From Deltaproteobacteria bacterium (GTDB lineage Bacteria > Desulfobacterota > Binatia > Binatales > Binataceae), in assembly GCA_021831785.1 (NCBI GenBank), contig JAKBMB010000021.1, forward strand, positions 8,633 through 72,632: a stretch of DNA of 64,000 nucleotides. The letters run 5' to 3'. The notes below the pieces were generated by a model. It was not told where the DNA came from. It worked only from the letters and a program-made list of their open reading frames with translations, and did not search any database. A program made the position numbers and the translations under genes. This document shows, in pieces, positions 45,483 to 53,336 of the stretch. Numbering within the stretch: the first letter of the stretch is position 1; the number at the start of each line of letters is the position of its first letter.

Positions 45483-47135
45483 ATGGCACAATCTTTATAT
45501 CATAGCTCTTCCGGGCAACAGTCTCCTCACTGCGTGAACGTGGTGGGAATCGGTAGAACTGGTGCCGGCTACGTTGACGCACTGCTTCGAACGGGAGAGA
45601 TCGAAGATTTTTTGGAAGACCCGCGCGCACGCTTTGCGGCTCTGATTGTGGACATCGGCAAACAAGATATGCAGCAGGCGATAGATTATGCCGCGGGCTT
45701 CAAGGACCGGCTGCGATCGAGAAATATTCCAGTGGAACGGTTTCATTTTGAAGCGGTGCCGCTTGAAGTCCCTGACCGAAATGAATTGTTCGGAACCTTA
45801 CGCCGCTACCGCGAGTTCCTAAAACTCGAATATCCCCGCTACTACTGGAATCCCAATTATGAAGCTTGGCTACCAGGCGATACCAAGGTTCCGGCAGCCG
45901 GTGAACATTTCCCCCGCGCCGTGGCCAAGGCCATTTATGGCCGAGCATACTACGACGGCGACCGACCCCTAGACGGCGCCTTGACACGGTTCGCCGCGCA
46001 CGTGCAGGGCGCAACTCTTCCATCGATGGTCTTGGTCTGCTTTGGTCTGGGAGGGGGCACCGGCAGCGGCATAGCGGTCGACCTCGCGCGCCATTTGTCG
46101 AACATCAAACTTGGCCGGCGCATACCAGTGATCGGAGTTGGCCAGCTCCCCTGCAGTGGAGACGCCGAGATCTACCGAGGCAGCAGCATTTTCCCCGCGC
46201 TTAATGAAATCGACTGCATGCTGGACGATGACAAGAACCAGGGAGTCATCACGGTCTGGGGGGACCTTTATCGCAGCCCGTTCACGGGGGGCTTTTTTGT
46301 CAATGCGACGGAGCATTCATATCAGCGCCTGCATTATTACACGAAAGCAGGCGACCCTGATGTGCGCAAGAAGATCCAACTTCAGGTGACCAACAAGTTC
46401 GTGCAGGATGCATTTTCGCGATTCGCCGTCCGCGATGAGGGGCGCGCTCTATTCCGAGCGTTGCGTCCGGCCGGTTTCACTGGGGCACCACACGAAAGGG
46501 TGAGCGGAAAATCGCGCAACTGGACGTTATACTATTTAGCGAAGCTCAGCCATCCAGGTGTGCAGGTTCTACCCGGCGAACCGCTAAGCAAGTGGCACAA
46601 GGTTCTCGGCCAGTGGGTCGAGCATATCTCTGACTATTCACCGGTCAATCAGGAGTTCCGAACCGATTTTGCCGAGCTTCATGCTTACGCGCCACGCGAG
46701 ATCGGACACGACTACCTTGACCAAATGCTCAAAGACAAGGTCACCTCGCAGTTTCTGGTGCCCGGAGACGATTCCTCACTGGTCATTGAGGACTTCGAGT
46801 TCTTCGACGAACTGACCTCGTACTGCGACATTATTCTGCCGGGTGCGGCAAAAACAGACCTGAACGTCTTCTGGCAGAGCCGCGACTTGTACGACAAAAA
46901 ATCCTGGGAAGAAAAACTGCTGGATCATTCCTGGTTACTTGAGTTGGGCGTGCTGTTGTCGGAACCGGCGATCCGGTTCGAAGGGATGGCGGGCGAGTGC
47001 CTATGGGGCTGCGCTTGCTGGGTGGTGGTTCCCTATGACCAGATGCGAGGCGAGAAGCTTCCGCCGCCGAATCGCAAATTAATTCTTGAACAGGGTATTG
47101 CCGCGATGACAAGGACGGTCGTCGCTACGCCATAA
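45483..47135 (+). CDS. tubulin-signature protein B (function unknown; paralogue of 43542..45047)
   Basis: VNVVGIGRTGAGYVDALL; LVCFGLGGGTGSGIAVDLARHL (nt 46050-46070); identical 25-aa block TLRRYREFLKLEYPRYYWNPNYEAW; C-terminal EPAIRFEGMAGECLWGCACWVVVPY (Cys codons 46998-47018). Confidence 0.8.
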   Translation: MAQSLYHSSSGQQSPHCVNVVGIGRTGAGYVDALLRTGEIEDFLEDPRARFAALIVDIGKQDMQQAIDYAAGFKDRLRSRNIPVERFHFEAVPLEVPDRNELFGTLRRYREFLKLEYPRYYWNPNYEAWLPGDTKVPAAGEHFPRAVAKAIYGRAYYDGDRPLDGALTRFAAHVQGATLPSMVLVCFGLGGGTGSGIAVDLARHLSNIKLGRRIPVIGVGQLPCSGDAEIYRGSSIFPALNEIDCMLDDDKNQGVITVWGDLYRSPFTGGFFVNATEHSYQRLHYYTKAGDPDVRKKIQLQVTNKFVQDAFSRFAVRDEGRALFRALRPAGFTGAPHERVSGKSRNWTLYYLAKLSHPGVQVLPGEPLSKWHKVLGQWVEHISDYSPVNQEFRTDFAELHAYAPREIGHDYLDQMLKDKVTSQFLVPGDDSSLVIEDFEFFDELTSYCDIILPGAAKTDLNVFWQSRDLYDKKSWEEKLLDHSWLLELGVLLSEPAIRFEGMAGECLWGCACWVVVPYDQMRGEKLPPPNRKLILEQGIAAMTRTVVATP

Positions 47136-47248
47136 CTGTTCCGGGGAAAGCCGTTAGCTGTGCCAAGCCGCCGACGGCTTTCATTCCACGAAAGGGGTGA
47201 GGGTGACGACGCCCCGCGGAGTTGCGCTCACCCCCGGGTGACCGAAGC

Positions 47249-48244
47249 ATGAGTCAGCAGAGCTATATGCGAGGTCAGCGAGTTGACCATCGGATTCCGG
47301 TCACGGTTGTAACCGGGTTTCTAGGGTCGGGTAAAACGACCTTGGTCAACCACATCCTCAGCGCTAGGCACGGTCAGAAGGTTGCTGTCATCGTAAATGA
47401 GTTCGGTCAAGTTAGTATTGATGGCCAGCTTGTCGTTCGTGACGAGAATGAGCAGCTTATCGAATTCAACAATGGCTGCCTCTGTTGCACGGTGCGGGGC
47501 GATCTGATCGCGACCTTGGGACGACTAACCCAGCGGGCTGGTCAGCTCGACGGGATTCTGATCGAAACCACAGGGCTGGCGGATCCCGCGCCGGTGGCCT
47601 CGACCTTCTTTGTTTCTAACGAGGTCAAATCGGCCATCCGACTTGATTCGTTCATTACCGTCGTTGACCCGGTTAACTTGGAACACAATCTGCGCAGCAA
47701 CGAAGCCGTCGAGCAAATCGCCTTCGCGGATATCATTCTGATTAACAAGATTGACTTGGCTTCCGCCGCGGACCTGGAGCGCGTGGAGAGAAAAATCCGG
47801 ACGTTCAATCCGATGGCGACGATTCATCACACGTGCCAAGGAGTGGTCGATCTCAGTTTGATCATTGACACGGGCGCCTTCGAGTTGGAGGCGAAACTTC
47901 AGGTCGATCCTACCTTTCTGGACAACTTGCAGCATCAGCATGATCTATCGGTCGGCTCCTTCGTAGTTTATGAGGAGCGACCCGTCGACATCAATAAGTT
48001 TATGCTGTGGATGCAGTCGGTCCTTGCCGAGAACGGCCAAGACGTCTATCGGACTAAGGGTTTGTTTTATGCTAGAGGGTTCCCAGAGCGCTTGGTCTTC
48101 CAGAGTGTTCGGATGCTTACCTCTATGCGGCCGGATCGCGTTTGGCGGCCCAGCGAACGGAAACGCACAGAGTTTGTGGTGATAGGCCGCAGCCTGGATC
48201 GCGCCGCGTTCCAGCAAGGTTTAGCAGCGTGTGTCGCGACTTGA
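47249..48244 (+). CDS. COG0523 (CobW/YjiA/Nha3-type) G3E-family metallochaperone GTPase
   Basis: P-loop VTVVTGFLGSGKTTLVNHIL, IVNEFG, the metal-binding GCLCCTVRGDL (CxCC), ETTGLADP and INKIDL. C-terminal CobW_C-like domain. Confidence 0.88.
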   Translation: MSQQSYMRGQRVDHRIPVTVVTGFLGSGKTTLVNHILSARHGQKVAVIVNEFGQVSIDGQLVVRDENEQLIEFNNGCLCCTVRGDLIATLGRLTQRAGQLDGILIETTGLADPAPVASTFFVSNEVKSAIRLDSFITVVDPVNLEHNLRSNEAVEQIAFADIILINKIDLASAADLERVERKIRTFNPMATIHHTCQGVVDLSLIIDTGAFELEAKLQVDPTFLDNLQHQHDLSVGSFVVYEERPVDINKFMLWMQSVLAENGQDVYRTKGLFYARGFPERLVFQSVRMLTSMRPDRVWRPSERKRTEFVVIGRSLDRAAFQQGLAACVAT

Positions 48245-48247
48245 AGC

Positions 48248-48706
48248 GTGGTCCTGCTGCGGGACATCTTGGGGAGTCGCGCAACGATGACTTTTGAAAT
48301 GGCGGCTTCCGAAACGTCCAGCGACGCTCGGCGAGGTTCCTCGAGGAGGCTCCCTGGCGACCCTCCGTATATTTATGAAGCTCACGTGTTCTGTTGCATA
48401 AACGAACGCCCTGACGGCCACTTGCGAGGCTGCTGTGCGGGCAAAGGCGCGCGGCAACTCTGCGATTACATGTGCAGGCGTGCGATGGCGCTTGGCCTCA
48501 CCCAGGGGACTTGCCGAATACGGATCAATCACGCTGGCTGCCTTAATCTTTGTGAATTCGGACCCGTGATGATCGTTTATCCTGAAGGTGTGGCTTATTC
48601 CTACCGTAGCGATGAGGATATCGAGGAGATACTACGCAAGCATTTGATACTGGGAAGGCGCGTTGAGCATCTAGTTCTCCGCATCGACCCGGGCAAGCTT
48701 CACTGA
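48248..48706 (+). CDS. thioredoxin-like [2Fe-2S] ferredoxin domain protein
   Basis: HVFCCINER...GCCAGKGA...INHAGCLNLCEFGPVMIVYPEGVAY shows the Cys spacing and GP..V.P motif of thioredoxin-like 2Fe-2S ferredoxins. The start within the first ~15 codons is uncertain. Confidence 0.75.
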   Translation: MVLLRDILGSRATMTFEMAASETSSDARRGSSRRLPGDPPYIYEAHVFCCINERPDGHLRGCCAGKGARQLCDYMCRRAMALGLTQGTCRIRINHAGCLNLCEFGPVMIVYPEGVAYSYRSDEDIEEILRKHLILGRRVEHLVLRIDPGKLH

Positions 48707-48729
48707 CCAGTCTGGAAGGATGAGGCGCC

Positions 48730-49047
48730 ATGTACATCGATAGCCGAATCCAGCTATTTGATTCGATCGCGTGGACGGACATCGCGACTCATACTTACGA
48801 GCGGGTATCGCGCACGAGATGGCGTGTCAAGATCCGCCTTGTGTGTGGCGCTGAGATGATATTGGAAAACATACCTGACGACCTCATCCAATGTCTTGTG
48901 GTCGGGGCTTTCAATTCCGGGAAGTCATTCGACACTAACATTACAAGCGGCGTCGCGATGGATAAAGCCCGGTTTCCAAACCCGGCGGGTACCTGGTCGG
49001 AGATCCAGAATGTTATCCTGGCGGGCGCCGCACAAGTGAGCAGCTGA
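48730..49047 (+). CDS. hypothetical protein (105 aa)
   Basis: ORF tightly packed between the ferredoxin and the permease genes on the same strand. No motif recognised. Confidence 0.5.
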   Translation: MYIDSRIQLFDSIAWTDIATHTYERVSRTRWRVKIRLVCGAEMILENIPDDLIQCLVVGAFNSGKSFDTNITSGVAMDKARFPNPAGTWSEIQNVILAGAAQVSS

Positions 49048-49056
49048 AATCCGCAT

Positions 49057-50217
49057 ATGGAAACGCTGTGTGGTTCTTCTGGGCGAAGGACTTTGAAATC
49101 CAAAGCCGCCGTACCCGCGGGTTCGGGCGGAACGGATGAACTTGGTTTGAGCTCGATCTCGCAGTCAACCTCGCCACCGCGTTTGAAGCTGCTGGTGGGG
49201 GGGCTCGTTCTGTTCAATTTGTTGAGTTGGATAGTGTTCGCGGTGGTGGGGCGCGCCTACCACAGCATGCTCTGGACAGGGGTGCTGGCGTATTCCCTCG
49301 GTTTGCAGCATGCGTTCGATGCCGATCACATTGCAGCGATCGATAATGTTACGCGCAAACTTCGACAGGACGGCCAGAGGCCCGTCGCCGTTGGGTTCTT
49401 CTTCGCGTTAGGGCATTCCGTGGTTGTCTATGTGCTTTCGCTGGGCTTAGTAATGCTGGTAAGTGGGCCTTTTGGCATGGGGCGCTCGGCGCAAGCACTT
49501 GGCTATCTTATTAGTCGCGTGGCCTCGGCCGGTTTTTTGACGATCATCGGGCTTCTCAATCTCGTGGTCGTACGGCATCTTTGGCTGCAGTTGCGCGCGA
49601 ACCAGGGCAATTCGAGCCGCACGGCCACTGTGGCGCACGCAGCCAAAGCGACGGCGCTGAGCGGAGCCTACGGCCGCCTGGTGCTTTTTTTCCAACGCCA
49701 TATCGACGCGAGCTGGAAGATGCTTCTGGTTGGCATGCTCTTCGCCGTCGGGTTCGATACGGCCTCCGAAGCTGCGCTTTTTGGCGTATCCACTGCCACT
49801 GCGGCCGGCCAGCACATCGCGTTGTGGGCGGTAATGCTGCTGCCGCTGCTCTTCGCAGCGGGGATGACCCTAGTAGACAGCGCCGACGGGATTCTGATGG
49901 CAAAAGCGTACGATTGGGCGAGTGGTGACATAAACGCCAAACTCATTTTCAACCTCACCATCACGTGGATGTCTGTGTTAGTGGCTTTCAGTGTGGCCGG
50001 GATCGAGTGGCTGCAGCTCTTCAGCCACCGATTGCAACTGACGGGCCCCATCTGGACCGCGGTCATAGAATTGAACTTCGAGACACTCGGGTTCTTTATT
50101 GTAGGTCTGATGCTCACTACGTGGGCCGTGGCGGCGCTTTACTGTAAGCGCAGCCGAGTCCCCTCAGCATTCACGGAATTGTCCACTGGGGCAATCGAGA
50201 CTGAATACGATAGGTAA
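49057..50217 (+). CDS. NiCoT (HoxN/HupN/NixA/NhlF) family nickel/cobalt permease
   Basis: Signature LQHAFDADHIAAIDNVTRKL (HA.DADHI), FALGHSVVV (LGHS..V) and GFDTASE, in a multi-TM protein. Confidence 0.88.
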   Translation: METLCGSSGRRTLKSKAAVPAGSGGTDELGLSSISQSTSPPRLKLLVGGLVLFNLLSWIVFAVVGRAYHSMLWTGVLAYSLGLQHAFDADHIAAIDNVTRKLRQDGQRPVAVGFFFALGHSVVVYVLSLGLVMLVSGPFGMGRSAQALGYLISRVASAGFLTIIGLLNLVVVRHLWLQLRANQGNSSRTATVAHAAKATALSGAYGRLVLFFQRHIDASWKMLLVGMLFAVGFDTASEAALFGVSTATAAGQHIALWAVMLLPLLFAAGMTLVDSADGILMAKAYDWASGDINAKLIFNLTITWMSVLVAFSVAGIEWLQLFSHRLQLTGPIWTAVIELNFETLGFFIVGLMLTTWAVAALYCKRSRVPSAFTELSTGAIETEYDR

Positions 50218-50912
50218 GCCGACGAAACCGTTAACTTTCCGGATAGTGTCAACGATTAGCGGCAGGATCCCAAGCGAGTTGACAGTTGGCAGGCAGTTGA
50301 GAAAACGAGCGACTCGTGAACCTGTTCTGCCTTGGCGAGGGCACTAAGGTGAGTGCTGTTTTAGTATCTATCCTGGCAATAGATGCTGCCTTTGCCTTGG
50401 TCGAGATGACCTAAGCGAGCAGCGCATGCATAGTGGGGAACGGCATGGCCAATTACACGCGCCGCACGACGGCCGTCATAGGAACTCTTTTGTAGCTGTT
50501 GTTTTGTTAAACGCAATAGTGGCCCTCAGACAAGACGTCTCACGGTTAGGACATGGGCAGATGACCGCGTGTTTAACCGCGCCTTGCGCGACGTTGGCGA
50601 CGGTGGCGGACACGCACCTTACGCCGCCTTGACTCGGTTGGGAAAGACGTGAGGGCTGCAATCGCAAGCTCTTCATCTTGAAAACCGGACTTTCCGAATC
50701 TCTTATGGCCATGCGCTTCCACAATCTGCCGCGCCGCATCATTAGTTCCTTGCGCAGCGCATCCATCGGCGGGGGTTGAGCTTCTCGGTCGGAGATCGAC
50801 GCGCCAACCATGACCTCCTTTGGGTACCTTTCCAAACCGCTCTTCAACGCTATCCTCATTGGACCGTGATGCGTTATAATTTCGTCGCTACGCCGAACAA
50901 GGGAGGCGATTT

Positions 50913-51218
50913 ATGGTTCCACTGGATTGGAACATGGTGAAAGAGAAGTACAAGCCAGGTACCAAAGTTCGCCACATAGTTGGGTCACGGGCTTTCGAGA
51001 TCCTCAGGGTAACTGAGGAAGCGATTTACTTCAAATGGGGCGCTGTCCCCGAAGGAGCAATACATCGTTCTCATCTTGAACGAATCGTGGAGCTGATCGA
51101 AGAGGGGGTTGTGCGCCCTGACCAAGTGACACTTACGAGCGACTACAGGACCTTAGTCTCTGACGAGCGCCCGACCACAGCGATCGGCGTTCTCAAGGAC
51201 CTCGGGTACGTTCGATAA
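50913..51218 (+). CDS. 101-aa hypothetical protein (paralogue of 45096..45422)
   Basis: MVPLDWNMVKEKYKPG...IHRSHLERIVELIEEGVV...DYRTLVSDERPTTAIGVLKDLGYV. GGAGG lies 6 nt before the ATG. Confidence 0.75.
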   Translation: MVPLDWNMVKEKYKPGTKVRHIVGSRAFEILRVTEEAIYFKWGAVPEGAIHRSHLERIVELIEEGVVRPDQVTLTSDYRTLVSDERPTTAIGVLKDLGYVR

Positions 51219-51297
51219 CGCGCTGCCGTTCACGGAGATTCGGGGGTGCCACTAAACAATCGATACACTGCGGATTCTGGATTCAACAGTACGAGGT

Positions 51298-52719
51298 TTG
51301 CCAAAGACGGCAGATACACTGGCCATGGTGAACATTTTAGACGGCCTCAACTCGATGCCTTGGGTGTCATTGGGACGACTGCCCAATGGTTGGGTGATCG
51401 AACTAGCGCAGATTCCACCAAGAGATAAATTTAAATATTCGTATGACTTGTGGTCGAACGGTCTTGCCTTCGAGGCCTTCGGTATCGCAAGGACGTACAA
51501 GGCAACTATTCGAGCCGCCGGTTACGGCGATGGGTTATGGCTCCTCAACTTCGACACCCAAGGAAGACTCCTTAACGCATCGTACACCGGTGCTCGGTGG
51601 GGTCCGTTTGAAATCTCGGCGCCGACGCAAGATTTCAGCCTGCTTGCTTATCCTCGCTATCGCCCGGAAATACACCGTCTGATCGGCGGGACGTGGCTAC
51701 GAGCAAAGTGGATCGATAAGTACGAGAGTAGCCACCTAACGTATCGCCTCGAAATCGTGGAAGCGCAAGATGCCCTCTATCAAGCCGCCATGCGTACTTT
51801 GGACGACTTCGTCAGGGCTTTATCTGCCATGAATACGCAGCAAAACGACCCATTGACCGAACGCCTTCTCGACGCGTTCCGAAAGTTGCCCCTCAGGACG
51901 CATACCGAATTGGACGCGGAGGCGGCAAGATTTCACGAGATACTCGGAATCAGCGGCCACATCCCCGTGGAACCCCCCGAGCTGGCCCTCGACCATTACC
52001 ACGCCATCCCGCTCAAGGTTCAAGATGGATGCGGAGGTCTTTGTACATTTTGTAGCTTGTACGGGCGGAAGATCCGAATCGCTCCGGTGGAGCTGGTCTT
52101 TCGTCAGATTGACTTGATGGCCGAATACTTAGGTGAAGAATTGGATCACTTTACCAAGGTTGCCTTACTGCAAGGTGATGCCCTCGTTGTTCCCCCCGAA
52201 ACCCTCGCCCGAGAGCTCGAGTACGCAAGGGAGAAGTTTGCGCTCAGTTCATCCTCAGCGTTCGCTCACGCCTTCGCAAAGGCCACAACGGTGGCACGGG
52301 CACCAGTACCCCAACTAGTGAACCTCAAGAAGAGAGGTTTGCTCCACGTCAACCTCGGTCTCGAAAGCGGTTGTCAAGATGTCCTTAACCTGGTGAAAAA
52401 AGGCCAGGAACTCAGCGAATTCCACGGCGCCGTATCTGCCCTCTGCGAAGCCGGGATCGGCGTAAGCGTCAACATCATCCTTGGAGTGGGCGGCCTAAAA
52501 TTCAAGGAGCGACACGTCCAAGAGACCGTTGAGTTCGTGCGAAGCCTTCCCAGTGCCGTTACTGTTTTCTACTCACCTCTCCAGATCGCCTCTACTTCAT
52601 ACTATGTTCGAAACCAGGAATCTAGCTTCGGCAGATTGTCGGACAGCGACATGATCGAGCAAGAAAACGTCTTTCAGAGAGAGCTTGGCGCCTATAAGTA
52701 TCTATTTGTCCCTATCTAG
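51298..52719 (+). CDS. radical SAM protein with a ~240-aa N-terminal extension of unknown type
   Basis: CX3CX2C motif DGCGGLCTFCSLYG (nt 52030-52053), then VNLGLESG and IILGVGG, typical of the radical SAM core. The start is uncertain (ATG 51298 or 51325). Confidence 0.8.
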   Translation: MPKTADTLAMVNILDGLNSMPWVSLGRLPNGWVIELAQIPPRDKFKYSYDLWSNGLAFEAFGIARTYKATIRAAGYGDGLWLLNFDTQGRLLNASYTGARWGPFEISAPTQDFSLLAYPRYRPEIHRLIGGTWLRAKWIDKYESSHLTYRLEIVEAQDALYQAAMRTLDDFVRALSAMNTQQNDPLTERLLDAFRKLPLRTHTELDAEAARFHEILGISGHIPVEPPELALDHYHAIPLKVQDGCGGLCTFCSLYGRKIRIAPVELVFRQIDLMAEYLGEELDHFTKVALLQGDALVVPPETLARELEYAREKFALSSSSAFAHAFAKATTVARAPVPQLVNLKKRGLLHVNLGLESGCQDVLNLVKKGQELSEFHGAVSALCEAGIGVSVNIILGVGGLKFKERHVQETVEFVRSLPSAVTVFYSPLQIASTSYYVRNQESSFGRLSDSDMIEQENVFQRELGAYKYLFVPI

Positions 52720-52725
52720 CAGGCT

Positions 52726-53283
52726 TCTCACAAATACCATTTGAGCAGGATGAGGGCGGCCCTACCGTTAGAGCGGGAGCAACCTACAGGCAGCTCGGCC
52801 AGGCTTTCTCGCCTCCCTCGCCGTCGCGACGGCACGTCGAAATTTTCGCGCCCAACGCGGAGGTCGCGAGGACCTTGGTTAGCAACCAGCGTCGAATTCA
52901 GCCCGGCCGTGATCGGCCTCGGCGGGCAAGGTCAATTGATTTTGTCGAGGCCTTTGGTGCCGGGTCTTCTCAGAAGTGAGACCCTTGAGCGTGGCGCTAT
53001 CAAATTTCCGCCCTCGAGCGGCGCCCTGGCCCTGACCGATCGCATAGGCGATCCTCGGACTCGATGCCGAGTCGCCCAAAGGAGCCCGGCTCTCGAATGT
53101 TGTACCAACGCTCCCGGCGGAGGATTGTACGGCGAGGTCTCACCTCGGGAGCATATCATCCGCGCTTTTAGGAAGATCTCGACCTTTAGCTGATTGGACT
53201 GAGGCTTTTGGCACGAAAAGAGGACGAAGGGCTTGCATTTCCTGCCGCCACAAGGTGAAGATATTCGAGACTGACTTTTCGGT
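52726..53283. mobile_element. internally deleted IS5-family remnant (relative of the element at 7695-8604)
   Basis: The left end ctagcaggcttctcacaaatac resembles ctagaagcagtctcataaatag. The minus strand encodes transposase pieces (...AALILLKWYL* at 52738; IAYAIGQGQGA..FDSATLKGL; N-terminal-like LWRQEMQALRPLFVPKAS..GRDLPK). The possible right end gagactgactttt lies near 53268. It abuts the TAG stop of the radical SAM gene. Confidence 0.55.
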
Positions 53284-53336
53284 CAGGCTTGCGCGGGAAG
53301 TCGGCTCGAATCTGATTCTAGAGCGCGGAGGAGGGC

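Noticed and set aside
43542-47135. Reading the tubulin-signature genes as the cell-division gene ftsZ or as BtubA/B
   Set aside because: There is no dcw-cluster context (ftsA, ftsQ, mur genes). The proteins are larger than FtsZ and lack the FtsZ-type GGGTGTG and NxDFAD motifs. They also carry an unrelated Cys-rich C-terminal module. They are reported as a distinct tubulin-signature family of unknown function.
50476-50859. 127-aa minus-strand ORF in the 695-bp gap between the NiCoT gene and the 101-aa gene
   Set aside because: No motif recognised. I considered a transposase or recombinase fragment but could not support it. The gap itself remains unexplained.
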